Shown here one piece after another: positions 1 to 12,863 of a DNA stretch of 64,000 bases (its first letter is position 1; each line of letters begins with the position of its first letter). The notes beneath the pieces were generated by a model. The model was not told the origin of the DNA. It ran no database searches and worked only from the letters and a program-made list of their open reading frames with translations. Source of the stretch: Octopus bimaculoides. Taxonomy: Eukaryota. The stretch spans positions 111,393,965-111,457,964 of the forward strand of contig NC_068982.1 of assembly GCF_001194135.2 (NCBI RefSeq), written 5' to 3'. The translations under genes were made by a program, and so were the position numbers.

Positions 1-109
<109 letters not shown>

Positions 110-702
110 CTAGTTGTTATTAGCAGTGAAAAATTGCTACATGTGAATAGTAGAAGGTACACATGGCAGCAGATGAAAAGGAACAGAATAACAAGCGATG
201 TCAGATCTCAAGATATCAGTTACCACAAACAGCATTGTAGATTTGAGAGTAATTAAAGAGTGTACTGATGACTTGTACAACTTATACCACATGGAAAACC
301 AAATGAAATAATTATCATGATAATGACAATAATGGCAATGATGAATGAAAGAATTCTGAATTTAAATGATGTAAAAGAATGACAATTATTTTTAGGTTCA
401 TTTGTTTAGTCTATTGAACCAATGTATTTGAGCATGAAGCAACAGTAATGATATCTGTAACATGAAAGCAAGAACAGTACAGAAATAATTAGATGATTAA
501 AACTTGTTATAAATTCAACACCAATTTATAACCCAGAAAATACAACATACAAATCAGTGTAATTTAAAAGCATTGATTAAAAATTTCAATTAGCAGCTGA
601 ATATCTCTTGTATAAGTTTCTTCATATTAGTTTATGCAACAGATTAAATAATAATAGCAAGGTGTAGCAAAAGTAAAGAAAATTTAGAATACTCTTACCT
701 AC

Positions 703-809
703 CTGCTCATGGTACTATATATGGCAAACATATGTTTGTGTAAAAATGAGTCTTCAAGGTCACGCAGCATCATACCATCTAAAGGAATTAAATATTTCTT
801 GTCCTTCTC
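703..809 (-). CDS. DNM1: Dynamin exon 14B, a paralogous copy of exon 14A and candidate mutually exclusive exon: EKDKKYLIPLDGMMLRDLEDSFLHKHMFAIYSTMS(R)
   Basis: 107 nt open frame, ctcctattttctcctggtgtgttggctgtag|GAG...AGCAG|gtaggt. Same phases as 14A (0 in, 2 out). 15 of 37 aligned residues are identical to 14A with one 1-codon gap. Confidence 0.85.
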
Positions 810-3800
810 CTACAGCCAACACACCAGGAGAAAATAGGAGGCACAGATCAAATGACTAGTTTACCAGAACATGATTAATAAATATAGCAGACAGAAGATT
901 CATTGTTTGTTAGAACATGAATGTATGAGTACATGTTGTAGATTATGAGGAGTGAGTGTAAGTGAAGCTTTAAGATGTTTTAGGTCAGCACAAGAAAATA
1001 ATTTACAACCCTCTCTATGAATTTATCAGGTCTAATCCTAGAAAACTAAGTAAATAAAGGATTTTTAAGCAAAGACTAGTTAGCTGATTTTCTTCAAGAT
1101 ACTAAACCATTATCAAAACAAAAGAAACCAATGTGACAAACTTCTGGGGAACAAAATTAATTTGAAAAATTATTTGTTTTATACTTGGTATTCCAGACAC
1201 ACAAAAGATTATATAGTTTGTTGAAAGGAATATAGTTTAATGGCAAGAAATAAAATTACTAGGATACACACACAACAACACCACCACACACACACACACA
1301 CACACACAGAAAAGAATTTATATTACATCTTTGAAGTAATGAGCTATCTCTATCATCTGCCAGTAAAATGTTTAAAACTTTAAAATATTCCATTTTGTGC
1401 AGAAGAGAAGCAAGTAATTTTTAAGATATCACATTATATCTGACATCCCTATAAAATACACTCAGCAATGGTTTAATTTAGAACACAACACATACCACAC
1501 AGCTTCTCAGGAATGATGTTCAGCAAATTTTTGACTTTTTGAGCAAAATTTCTTCTGGTTTATAATTACTAAGAACTTCACAAATATGTTTCCAAAACAA
1601 ACACACAGGTCATTTGTCTGGCATACTATACAATATTAGATAGTCAAAATATCTTTGTCCATATTTTTACCGTTTCTTTTGGAGCTTATCACTTCACACC
1701 TAGAAAACCAAAACATATCTCATTCAATATTTTAATTATTCCAATGTCCACTTACACAACAAAAATGTCTAAACTGACTGTTGATCTTACATCACAATAT
1801 TTTTCTTTTATGTAAAAATTGCATACAAACAGAAAATAAACTGTAAAAATTGAAATAAAAATACAGAATAGACATACTACCTAACTGAATAAAAGATAAA
1901 GTAATAGCAAGTTTTTGCTATAACATCAGAGCAGCATCACTTTGCAAAACGTCAATACCAAACAATATCTAAAACAGGTAGACTGTTTTAGGAGTTTGAC
2001 TTCATAAAAGCTTGACATAAGAAGAATGCTTAATGGTAAGACTATTATAACAGTGGAATGGCAATCTAAGAACATCTTACATTCCATATTGACTTTGATG
2101 TTATTTCATATATGTGAAAAAGACATTTTTTTAATGCCAAAATTTAGATTTTGATTTAAAGATTAAACAATTTCTTTTGTAACTATAACTGCCACTCCAT
2201 CAGTTACAACAACAAGGATTTCAGTTGATCCAATTAATGGAACAATGTGCTCATGAAATTAATGTGCAAGTGGCTGAGCACTCCACAGACATGCATACCC
2301 TTAACATAGTTCTCGGGGAGATTCAGCAAGACACAATGTGACAAGGCTGTCCCTTTGAAATACAGGTATTACTCATTTATGCCAGCTGAATGAACTGGAG
2401 CAATGTGAAATAAAGTGTCTTGCTCAAGGACACAATGCACCACCAGGTATCAAACTCATACCTTTACAAACTTGAGCTGAATACCCTAAACACTTAGCCA
2501 CAGGCCCTCACAACAATTTATTATATATAAATTATTATAACTACACTGTAGGCTTACTTGATCTTTTCATAAAATTATAGAGTCAAAAATATATAAATAT
2601 TTTAGATATTTATAGAACTTTTTGTTTTGTTTAAATGAATCTGATCACATTCTGTAAGCTATGTTAACTCTTCTTTTCTTTACACAGGAAAACTCTGGAA
2701 GACAGTTTAGGCAAAGAAAATTGTCTATTTGTATTATCTAAATTTAGAATCCTCAACTTCTTGAGAAAATTTCTCCAATATTTAAACACTATGTTGTTCT
2801 CATATATTTTTCCTTTGTTCTCATTCCAGTATCGTTATCTAAATGTACATATATAAATGCTTCATGACAACCCATTTTAGACAAGTCAGAAATATTTGAT
2901 ACGATAATTAGCATAAACTCTACCTGGTTAATAATTTATCATAATAGTTAATGTTTATGTCAACACAGATATCATATGGATTTGGAGTTGTGATGTTTAT
3001 ACTACAATAACACTGTAAGTGATATAGTTCCACAGGGAAATCAAACTAGAGATGATCAAGACACCACAGAAATGCTCAAAAGAAGAGACAGAGAATTCTT
3101 TTATTTCTTTGAAAAGAAGTGTAAAATCCTAGTTAATTTCACTGAATATATTAAAGGTACTTATTTTATCAACACCTGATGTATTTTAAAGTAGATATGG
3201 TAAAAATGAATTAAATAACATTTCACATCCTTAAATATATATATATATATATANNNNNNNNNNNNNNNNNNNNNNNNNNNNNNNNNNNNNNNNNNNNNNN
3301 NNNNNNNNNNNNNNNNNNNNNNNNNNNNNNNNNNNNNNNNNNNNNNNNNNNNNNNNNNNNNNNNNNNNNNNNNNNNNNNNNNNNNNNNNNNNNATATAAA
3401 TTTACTTATTTGAAAGGGGGCACATTCACAAATTATATAGAGGTAATCACACCCAGATAAAAAGATAATTTACAAATCATTCAAAGTGAGAATACTTCAA
3501 ATTCAGGCAAATAAATACACTTTATAGTTTCTAACAAAATGACAATTTTTATTTATTCAAGTTATTAAAACATAAAAATGTAGATAATAACAATTAAAGA
3601 GTGAGTCATTATTAGATAATTTACTTTCAAATTTCTAGGTACTTTATTAGTTCAAACACACACACACACACATTTTGGTGGAGGTTTTACACAAACAGAA
3701 TTAAAAGTGAGAGGTAACTTTTTCTAAATACACATTTCAAAAGTTAATTAGAGATTGAAATTTGAGCTACAATTTTACACCATTTTTCTTCTTTTTTTTT

Positions 3801-4132
3801 CTATTTTCTGTATTGCATCTAGCTTCCAGAAAGTGTACTTTCTAATTATAATAACACTGTGTTATAAACTTTATAAATATCTAATATACAAGGAAATTAA
3901 TTCAGTTTAGCAGTCACACACACACACACACACATATAAATATGCACATATTAAAACTCCTTATTTATAGGTGCAGGGAAAGGTGTATGATTAAGAAGTT
4001 CACTCCATAACAACGTAGTTTATGTTCAGCTCCACTGTAGAACACCCTGGGCAAGTGTCTTCTACTATACCTCAAATCAACCAACATCTCTTGTGATTGA
4101 ATTCAATAGACAGGAATTTTACAAAGCCTATC

Positions 4133-4243
<111 letters not shown>

Positions 4244-7200
4244 ACTTTACATGCATTTTTCATGGTTGCTTTACTTGGACAGGTCATCATAGTTTGAGTC
4301 ACTTCCCATTTGGCCTGGTTTCTAAAGCTGCATGCCCCTCCTAAGACTTTACAGGATGTACTGGTGCATTTTCTCATAGCACCAGCTCTAGAAAGGTTGA
4401 ATAGGTCTCAGTGAGACAGGACTAGTGGGACCTCATGACTCTATACTTTCTCTGTTCATTTAACCAACCATTTCACAATTTGAACAGTAGACAGGGTTCA
4501 CTGTACATAGTGTGCATATGTAAAACACAATCACAAACAGTCATGGTTGTCTCAATACAAGTACAAATGTATGGACATACAAATGTTCTAGTCAATATAC
4601 CCATATACAGATATTCTCTACAAACCTGCTCATGTATTCACTCAAGGCATATTTCTTTTTCTTTGAAAAGTAAACAAATACATACACACTGGTGCATACT
4701 TATTTGCCAATGTATTCCTGCTATTTTATCTCTACCATAACTTTGCTATTACTTCCATGTACACTATCTTATGTTGTTATTGATAGAGGTGGTTGAATGA
4801 TGAAGTAGCAAAATGCTACCTAAAAAGTCTTGTGGTATTCAATCCATTTTACATTCTGGATTCAAATTCCACTTTGACCAGACTCTACCTTCCATCCCTC
4901 TATAAAATAAATACTAGTTAAATACTGGGGTAAATTCTATCAAATATACCCCCTCTTCAAATTTCTAGTCTTGTGTTAATGTGATAAATCATTGCCATTT
5001 CTAAATTTATAGAGCTACAACTTACTTTCCATTTTATTTCTATACAATGACAATATGTTGGAATGTATATATGCATGTATTAATACACACACACACACAC
5101 ACACACACATGTACATTCTAAACACCTATTCATACTAACTATTACAGATGGTATGAGAATAACTTTTAAAATCCCACACAATTTACATGAAAGTTCAACC
5201 CTTTAACATTGAAATTACTCTGTGAAATGTAATACTTATTTATTCATGCTGTTTTGAATTAGCCGTACATTATATTATAGTTTCAAACGTCAATGATATG
5301 TGTTTACTTTTAAACTGACATTATAGGGAAGTGTAAGATACCTGATCAGGCCAATTTCAACATTAAACAGGTAGAATATTTGTGCCTGATATGGTCAGTT
5401 TAAATGCTAAAGAATTAAGTGACAGCAAAACTCAATTCCAAGTTGTGAGGGCAATTGCAATTCACTTTTTGTCAAATTTCTTATGTCACCCAAGTCAACA
5501 ACCCTAGTTTTAATATTTCCACTTTGAGTTCAGTATCTAGAATTTTGATGATGGAATTTCTGATCCAAAGCATAACAATTCAACATGTTATTACACCAGT
5601 CACATGAATGAAATTTTTATTTAATACTTCTCTGAAGATGTACAGAGTGGAGAAACCATGTAGCTGTGATATATGTAAATGTTTCCTAAACTTCAGTATC
5701 ATGTATGAAGCAGATGAAGGAAATATCTACACCTAAATAGGATACCAGTTTATCACATCTAAACATACTGGATGATCTATACCATTTCCTGAAGTCTAAG
5801 TGAATTGAGGCAAATGTAGAGTGAACTGCTATACTCAGAAACACAAGAAAGATTCAGTAGATTAAATTGAATTATCTATAAGAGATAGTCCAAGAAGGTA
5901 ATACCCATAATGTTGTGTATGTGTGTCTATGTCAGCAAATGATGTTAACAGTAGTAAGAAATTTGATTAACTGGTGTGTTCAAACAAATATACCTTGTAT
6001 AGTATTTATTCCCGCTATATCGCATTGATAGTAATTTGTAAATATAGTGAAATAATGAGGTCCATTGGAAACATGTAACCAATGATGTTATTGCACACAA
6101 AATGCAAATATAAAATTATTATATTCTAAATACATCATATCTGTGCAGCTTAAGCCCAACACATTCCAACATTTTATGTATGAAATCATAAATAAAATAA
6201 AAAGACTTATGTCAAGCACAAACTCGGAAATGGTAAATTCAATTTCTTATCAAACTGAGCTTACTTTCTTCATTAACAAAACTAAGAAACAATATAATTA
6301 AATAAAATTAACAACTTTATATCAAGAGATCCAACATTATGAAAATCAGCAGAACAGGAAACTCAACTTTAAAAAATTCTTGGATAAAAAGGGGATGAAA
6401 AATAATAATGAACATTATTTAAAAGCAAATCCTCATTAGAGTTAAACTACAATGGAGTTAAATTTTAATCACAGTGAACATCATGTGCAAACACTTGATT
6501 TTTATCTGGCAAATGTCAACGAGGCTCACTATTCCCATCATGCCTTAGTAGTAGCCATTCTACCAATAATATTGGAATTAACTTTACATATCATGCAATA
6601 GGATCAATTTTATGAAACATTCCTGAAATAGTTTTATAGAAAATAGTGGATGCACCTTTGACACTAGCCCACAGAACAACAAGCATCATTTGTATTTAAA
6701 TGTGCACTACAGAGATTGGTCATTTACATAAATCATGTTAGTGTTTAAATCATCCAAGTAAATCCTTACTGAAAAAATAGCATGTACCCAACATTTTATC
6801 AAGAATATACTTGCACTGTTTGATGGATAAAGTGAAGAGAAACCTGAAGCAATGTGGAAGAATGAATATCAAGTTCTATGAACCATTCCCTATAGGCAAG
6901 GAATCTTGGGAAATGTGTGCATCACCGAACATATGGATGCTGAGAAGAAATAATTTTATGAAGAAAGACAATTCAACCGTGAAGTATGTCATATCAATTG
7001 TAGGTATCATGTAATTTAAGGAGATTAATATTTGCATCTATACTGAAATCTGCATTGTCATGGTCACAACAACAATGGTTGGTTGATTTATTGATAGTAC
7101 ATCATTTCCAAACACTCTCTCTCTCTCTCTCACACACACACTATCAAGAAAGAAAATGGACTGGTTTAACTTCCAGAACTACTTCACACACACACCCCCA

Positions 7201-7595
7201 CACACACACATACAGATATACAGTGGGGGTGGGGGAGAAACATTCATGTAGAAAAAAATTTGTAATGATACACTTGTAGTGTCAAGTTGTCAAACAGAGA
7301 ACTGATTACAACGATCAAGTAGAATACAAAAGACATTTTAATTGTAGGTATTTATTTTATTAACACTCCAACCTCCCTCATCATCATCATTCAAAAATAC
7401 CCACTGTATATTACTTAACAGTGTAATTAGACATACTACATAATAGAGACAATAGATGTGTCTAAAGCTAAAAAAAACCATACAATATTTTTGTTGGATT
7501 AATTTTTTGAGACAATTTAAATTCAAATAGTTATCATCACATCCAATTTTATCACCAAATTAAATAGATCAATATTATATTCTTGTTGAACAAAT

Positions 7596-7970
7596 AGGTG
7601 TAGGAGTGGTTGTGTGGTAAATAGCTTGCTTACCAACCACATGGTTCCGGGTTCAGTCCCACTGCATGGCACCTTGGGCAAGTGTCTTCTACTATAGCCT
7701 CGGGCTGACCAAAGCCTTGTGAGTAGATTTGGTAGAATGGAAACTGAAAGAAGCCCATCGTATATGTGTGTGTATGTTTGTGTGTCTGTGTTTGTCCCCC
7801 TAACAACCGATGCTGGTGTGTTTACATCCCCGTGACTTAGCAGTTCGGCAAGAGAGACTTGATAGAATAAGTACTAGGATTTCAAAGAATAAGTCCTAGG
7901 GTCGATTTGCTCGACTAAAGGCAGTGCTCCGGCATGGCAACAGTCAAATTACTGAAACAAGTAAAAGAGT
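7596..7970 (+). mobile_element. tRNA-derived SINE with a CORE-like centre (ccttgggcaagtgtctt)
   Basis: tggttgtgtggtaa...ggttccgggttcagtccc head and ...actgaaacaagtaaaag end. Same family as 21051-21455 and 59285-59668. Confidence 0.8.
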
Positions 7971-9495
7971 AAATATTTCTGATACTTTGCCAATGTCAAC
8001 AGACAGGAGGATATATTTAAAAAAATGAATATAGTACTGTATTCAGAAAGACCCAAAATAAAGAGAAAGAATATGAAGCAAAGATGCAGATACTTGGACT
8101 AAGTGAGAATGACTGCATCCAAAGCAGATGATTAGCCAAATTAATGCACTTCTGGCACTGGCTGTTCCTACATTTATCAGAATATTCAAAAACAATGAAC
8201 TTCATCACCGTTATCATTTTACATCTACTTTCCATGCCTCCATGTTTTTGATGGGTTGTCATTGTCCAAGCCAGTACTTATTTGAAGTTACTATGCTCCT
8301 AGTCATATCAGAGGAATGTATCTAGCTCTTATGCTTTATCTGATATGGTTTATACTTCTGGATGACCTTCCTAGCAACATCTACTTTACAAAGTGTACTG
8401 GGAATATTTTATCATGGTGTTACAGCCACTACTAAGAACAATTTCTTATTTGGCTATTATATTTGATTCAAATTAATTTCACACTGGTTTTGAAAAACAA
8501 AGGTTTTGGTCATGCTTTTTGTATAATAATGAAGGAAAGTTTCACTGTGGGAGTGAAACTTTTATTTCAGAAAATCGTGGTTTTAAAAGTATAGCTCCAA
8601 CCAAAATTAGAAATTCAGAAAGCACTGATAAGATTCTATACTAAACAATAAATGGGAAAATATATTCTCAATATACTTATTGGTAACCCCTAAGTGATTT
8701 GAACATGCACACTCATGATGTGAAAGTTTCATACAATATTTCAATATTTTCAAGATCTTTTTCAACAATTTTTCACATTACCACCTGAACTTCTTTTACT
8801 ATTACACAAACAACAGCACTGCCACTGGCATCTTTTCAAGGAACAGCACCTCTGATGTGCCTAGGAGGATAGTAAATAAAGAATTAACTTGGATCCTGAC
8901 AACCCATATAACTCAAGGAAGGATGGCAAGTAGATGTACCAACAACAACTATTGCAATATCAGCATGATTGTTAAAACTGTTCACAGTGACAACAAAAGT
9001 ACACTGGACAAAACAGCTTATAAGATGGACATGCTACTGACAGTTATTAAACTGGAAGTCTTTTCTACCATTCACATATACCATTATTGTTTTACAACTA
9101 CTTTCCATGCAAACATGGGTTGAATGGGTTGTCACAGTCCAAGTCAGTTATTATTCAGAGTTACTGCCCTCCTAGCTTGATTGGAAGACTACAGCTTGAT
9201 TAAATGTTCTACTTTTGGCTTTGTTTCTATGGATGGATACCTTTCTTAACAGTAGCCATTATATTATTGCATTATATTATCATTATCATCATCATCATTT
9301 AATGTCCATGTCCCATGCTGGCATGAGTAAGACAGTGTGACAGGATCTGACAAAACTGAGGACTGCATCATGCTCCAAATGCTGACTCACATGTCCCATG
9401 AAACCATAGACCTGCACCTACAAAGTTTCTGCCTGATGAGATAGGTTCGTTTGACAAGCCTACAAAACTTAAAGTTGCAAGCTGCTATCAAATCA

Positions 9496-9533
<38 letters not shown>

Positions 9534-10329
9534 CACATGCAGTTATTCATGCTTGCAAGCCTCTTCTATTCAGACCCACTAATGCTACTTTACCCAAGCG
9601 TAAAGTTAGCTTAGCACCAGTCTTGTCACAGGTAATACCGTCACAACACAAGAAGCGAAAAACAAATACTACAAAGCATGTCAATGCCCTAACAATTCTA
9701 CCAATTCCATTGCCCTTTATTTAATAATCCCAAACAAGTGAAAGACAATGGTACCTTAAACTCAGAGGGCAGAGAGTTAGAACAAGTGCTATGAGGTATT
9801 CTATCTCCCACTATAGCAACTCTGCCAAACTGCCACCTTACACAACTGTGAAATAGAAGTGGACCCTTTTTATTTTTTTTTATTTTTTTTTTGTCAGTCA
9901 AATTGGTGTAGGCAGAGTTATGTACCTTGCTCAATAGTACAACACAATAGTTTCAGTTAAGATATAAATCATGCAGTTAGTGGTTCAGCACAGAATCTTA
10001 CAACCACTGTAAAAATAGAACTTATATGTGAAAACTTAATATTCAATATTCCACAAACCGGGTGTCTGGCAAGCACATGTACCAAAACTTCTTGTCTTTG
10101 GACTCCACTTGTCCCTCATCTCTTAGATTGGTATCTTCCTGTCTGATTGTGTCATTACAGCATGTGTTGACAGTGGCAGATCCAACAAGGCCATTCTTAT
10201 GCAGATGACATGACCTTTCAGTCTTCTCTAACTTTCCCAGTCATGCATCATCTGCATGGACCCTAGACACCTTGCACCAAACCTGCATTGATTTCATAAA
10301 TAGAAATCTTGAGAGCATCCTTCAGTGGT

Positions 10330-11010
10330 GCCATGCCAACCTTGTCCCTTTTAAGAGCAAAATAAAAATTGAGGAATATTAAGAAAATACGCCCTCACCA
10401 CATCAAATCAGTTGCAGCTAGAGCCCTCAGTCACTCCAAATGCTGGAGCCACACATAGCCAAAGATCTCTCCAGGCAAAAGCATTGTTTTAGCATAGCTA
10501 GGACTATTTCCATAAAATTGGCAATTTTCTTCAGGGTCAGAAATGATTTCACTTTTCAAAATGTAAGTACTACTCCCATATCTAGAATTGTGCTGCAGCA
10601 ATGAACATAGACAATTTGAACCACATCCAGAGAAGAGTCACTTAACTGACTGACAATCACTCATGAGCATGCTCTAACCATAGGACTACAGGACATACTG
10701 TCTCCTCTTTGTCTTTTCTATCGCTACAATAATGGCCTTCTCAGAACTGGCTGAACTGAAATGTCCACCATTCAGGTACCCCTGTTCCATTCTGCTTTAC
10801 ACTTCTCATCACCTTTGCTGTATCCATCTCTGCTGGCCCCACATAAATCACTTTAAGCAGTCCTTCCTATGCAAAAAAACTGGCTCTCTGGAACTGTCAC
10901 TTTGCTCATGTGTTACCGTGTTCACTTGCAACAGTTTCAATGGAACATTAACAACGTTACGCTCACCAATCTTGGAGGTTACAAGTATTATTCGCCCCTC
11001 CAAACTCAGT
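10330..11010 (-). mobile_element. Highly decayed LINE (RTE-like) remnant
   Basis: Fragmentary motifs across frames (SLAMCG..W..ALAA.D..W). The adjacent 10200-10330 resembles 35895-35970. Confidence 0.35.
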
Positions 11011-12621
11011 TAGGAAAATAAAAGTTATTCATGAGTCTTCAAACTCAAAATGGTTACTATTAATTGTGCTCTGTAGAGTGTAACATATCTATGCTAGTGG
11101 GACAATTATTTCTACAGAGAAAGCTATACTATTTAGGATATTTCATAACTTTGGACTACCTCATATCATTTGCAAGACTTGAAAAATCCCTTTTGTAACA
11201 GAGAATACATGGTTTAACTCTTACAGATATTTTGTGCTCTGCTTCTGAGCAAAGCACATAACTTTGCCTCCCTCAATGTACATACTTTCTCATATATAGC
11301 ATTATATGAATACTAGAGTGTTATTTGTCAAATGATGAGTAACTTAAGAAGTATACTTTTACCACTATGGGTAATATCAAGAAATATGACATCCATACAA
11401 TAAGAATTTAACTTTTTATCAAATTCCTTGGTGCTTATACGAAATGATGAAACAAATTCTAGTTTACATAAAAATAATATTTATTACCTTAAAATCTCAT
11501 AACTCCTCCCTTAACTACTCGGTCATTTAAACCTCCCTTCTGCCTCCTACCACCAAGTCTTGTATATGCACTCATCCTGCACCTCTTATAGTAACTGTCT
11601 CTCTATATCACTCATTTACTTTCTCTCTCCTTCACTTGCTATACAAACAGGACTGGAGAAATCAACCAACCAGCATTTATATTTTGTACAGATAATTTTT
11701 TTCTGCTCCTACACTTGCCTTAAAATTGTTTATAAACATTCTGTTAAATATATTTATATCTCTTTTTTATTATTATTATTCTGAGTGTAAAACGTGTTTT
11801 ATATACATCACACAGTACATAGTAAATAAGACTCTCAGATATGTAGATGTTAATGTATATGCTTAATAATTACCCCTAACCCTTGAACCAACATACATAC
11901 TATAGACTGAAATATAACAAATGTGTCAAAATAATGTATGTTTAATTAGTAATTGTACTTGACTATGACTATTAGTAATCGTATTTGACTGTGACATACA
12001 TCTCTGAGAACTTGTAAGCATGATCTGAAAATTAACATCAACAAGATAGAAGTACACATTCAGACAAACTGCAAATCTTCAAGGATAGAAGTTATCAAAA
12101 TATGTAGTTAAAATGTAGACAAACATGGCCCAGTTTCCATATTTTGCTCATGCAATCAGCCGTAATGCTCATTTGGATGAAGAGATATTAAGAGGAAGAC
12201 GAAAGCAATCACAGTATATTGAAAACTACCTCACCATATTTGGAAAGAGTAATTGTACCTTCACCCTTGCTGAATAGGGTGTGGTATCACAGATGTAAAT
12301 AAGTAGGGGAAAATTCAGGACTACATCATACAAAGCCACAGAATTGTCATGAAGATATCTTGACTTGATTAAGTCAAAGACCACTGCTATCCAGAATAAA
12401 GCTAGACTTCAACATGAAAGAGATTTTGATCCAACAACATTCCTGATTTAAGAAACTCTGAAAGAAAGAAAATCCATTTGTTTTTCCTTTAATCTGCAAG
12501 ATAATTTTGAATGTTGATATAAGTAAATGAGGTTAGATAAATGTCAAGGTGATGTTAATAAAGATAACTCATGTCATTTATATTCAAGCAGAAAATGTTC
12601 CGGTGAAGTAGCAATGTGCAA

Positions 12622-12683
12622 CATGCAAGACAAAGCAATAATTATATGCAGCAGGAGTATGTCAGTAAAAGCATGCAGTTAGT
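12622..12683 (-). promoter_or_regulatory. Candidate intronic splicing enhancer cluster downstream of exon 14A (2x TGCATG, 1x ACTAAC)
   Basis: On the transcribed strand, ACTAAC (12678-12683) directly abuts TGCATG (12672-12677), with a second TGCATG at 12622-12627. All lie 70-132 nt from the 14A donor. Confidence 0.55.
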
Positions 12684-12753
12684 AAGAACTCAGCAACAGC
12701 CAATGATTGTATGCAGACTAAAATTTCTACTGAAACAATGCACAACCAGATAC

Positions 12754-12863
12754 CTATTTTCAGAAGAGAACAGGGCAAATGTAGGACGTCTCGACAATAT
12801 TCCGGCTTCGACATCACGAACTTTCAAGTTGTCCACTGGGAGCATATATTTCTTTTCTTTTTC
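12754..12863 (-). CDS. DNM1: Dynamin exon 14A (PH domain middle): [36 protein letters not shown](R)
   Basis: 110 nt, ttcctttgtag|GAA...AATAG|gtatct. Phase 0 in, phase 2 out; matches vertebrate [19 protein letters not shown]. Not present in the ORF track. Confidence 0.95.

Noticed and set aside
8782-8860. Cys-rich exon-like stretch AHQRCCSLKRCQWQCCCLCNSKRSSG with cctag acceptor and gtaatg donor
   Set aside because: Phases 0 in, 1 out do not fit the neighbouring dynamin exons, and there is no homology.
10059-10139. Phase-compatible stretch EDTNLRDEGQVESKDKKFWYMCLPDTR
   Set aside because: Weak acceptor tract, no credible alignment to exon 14, and adjacent to decayed repeat sequence.
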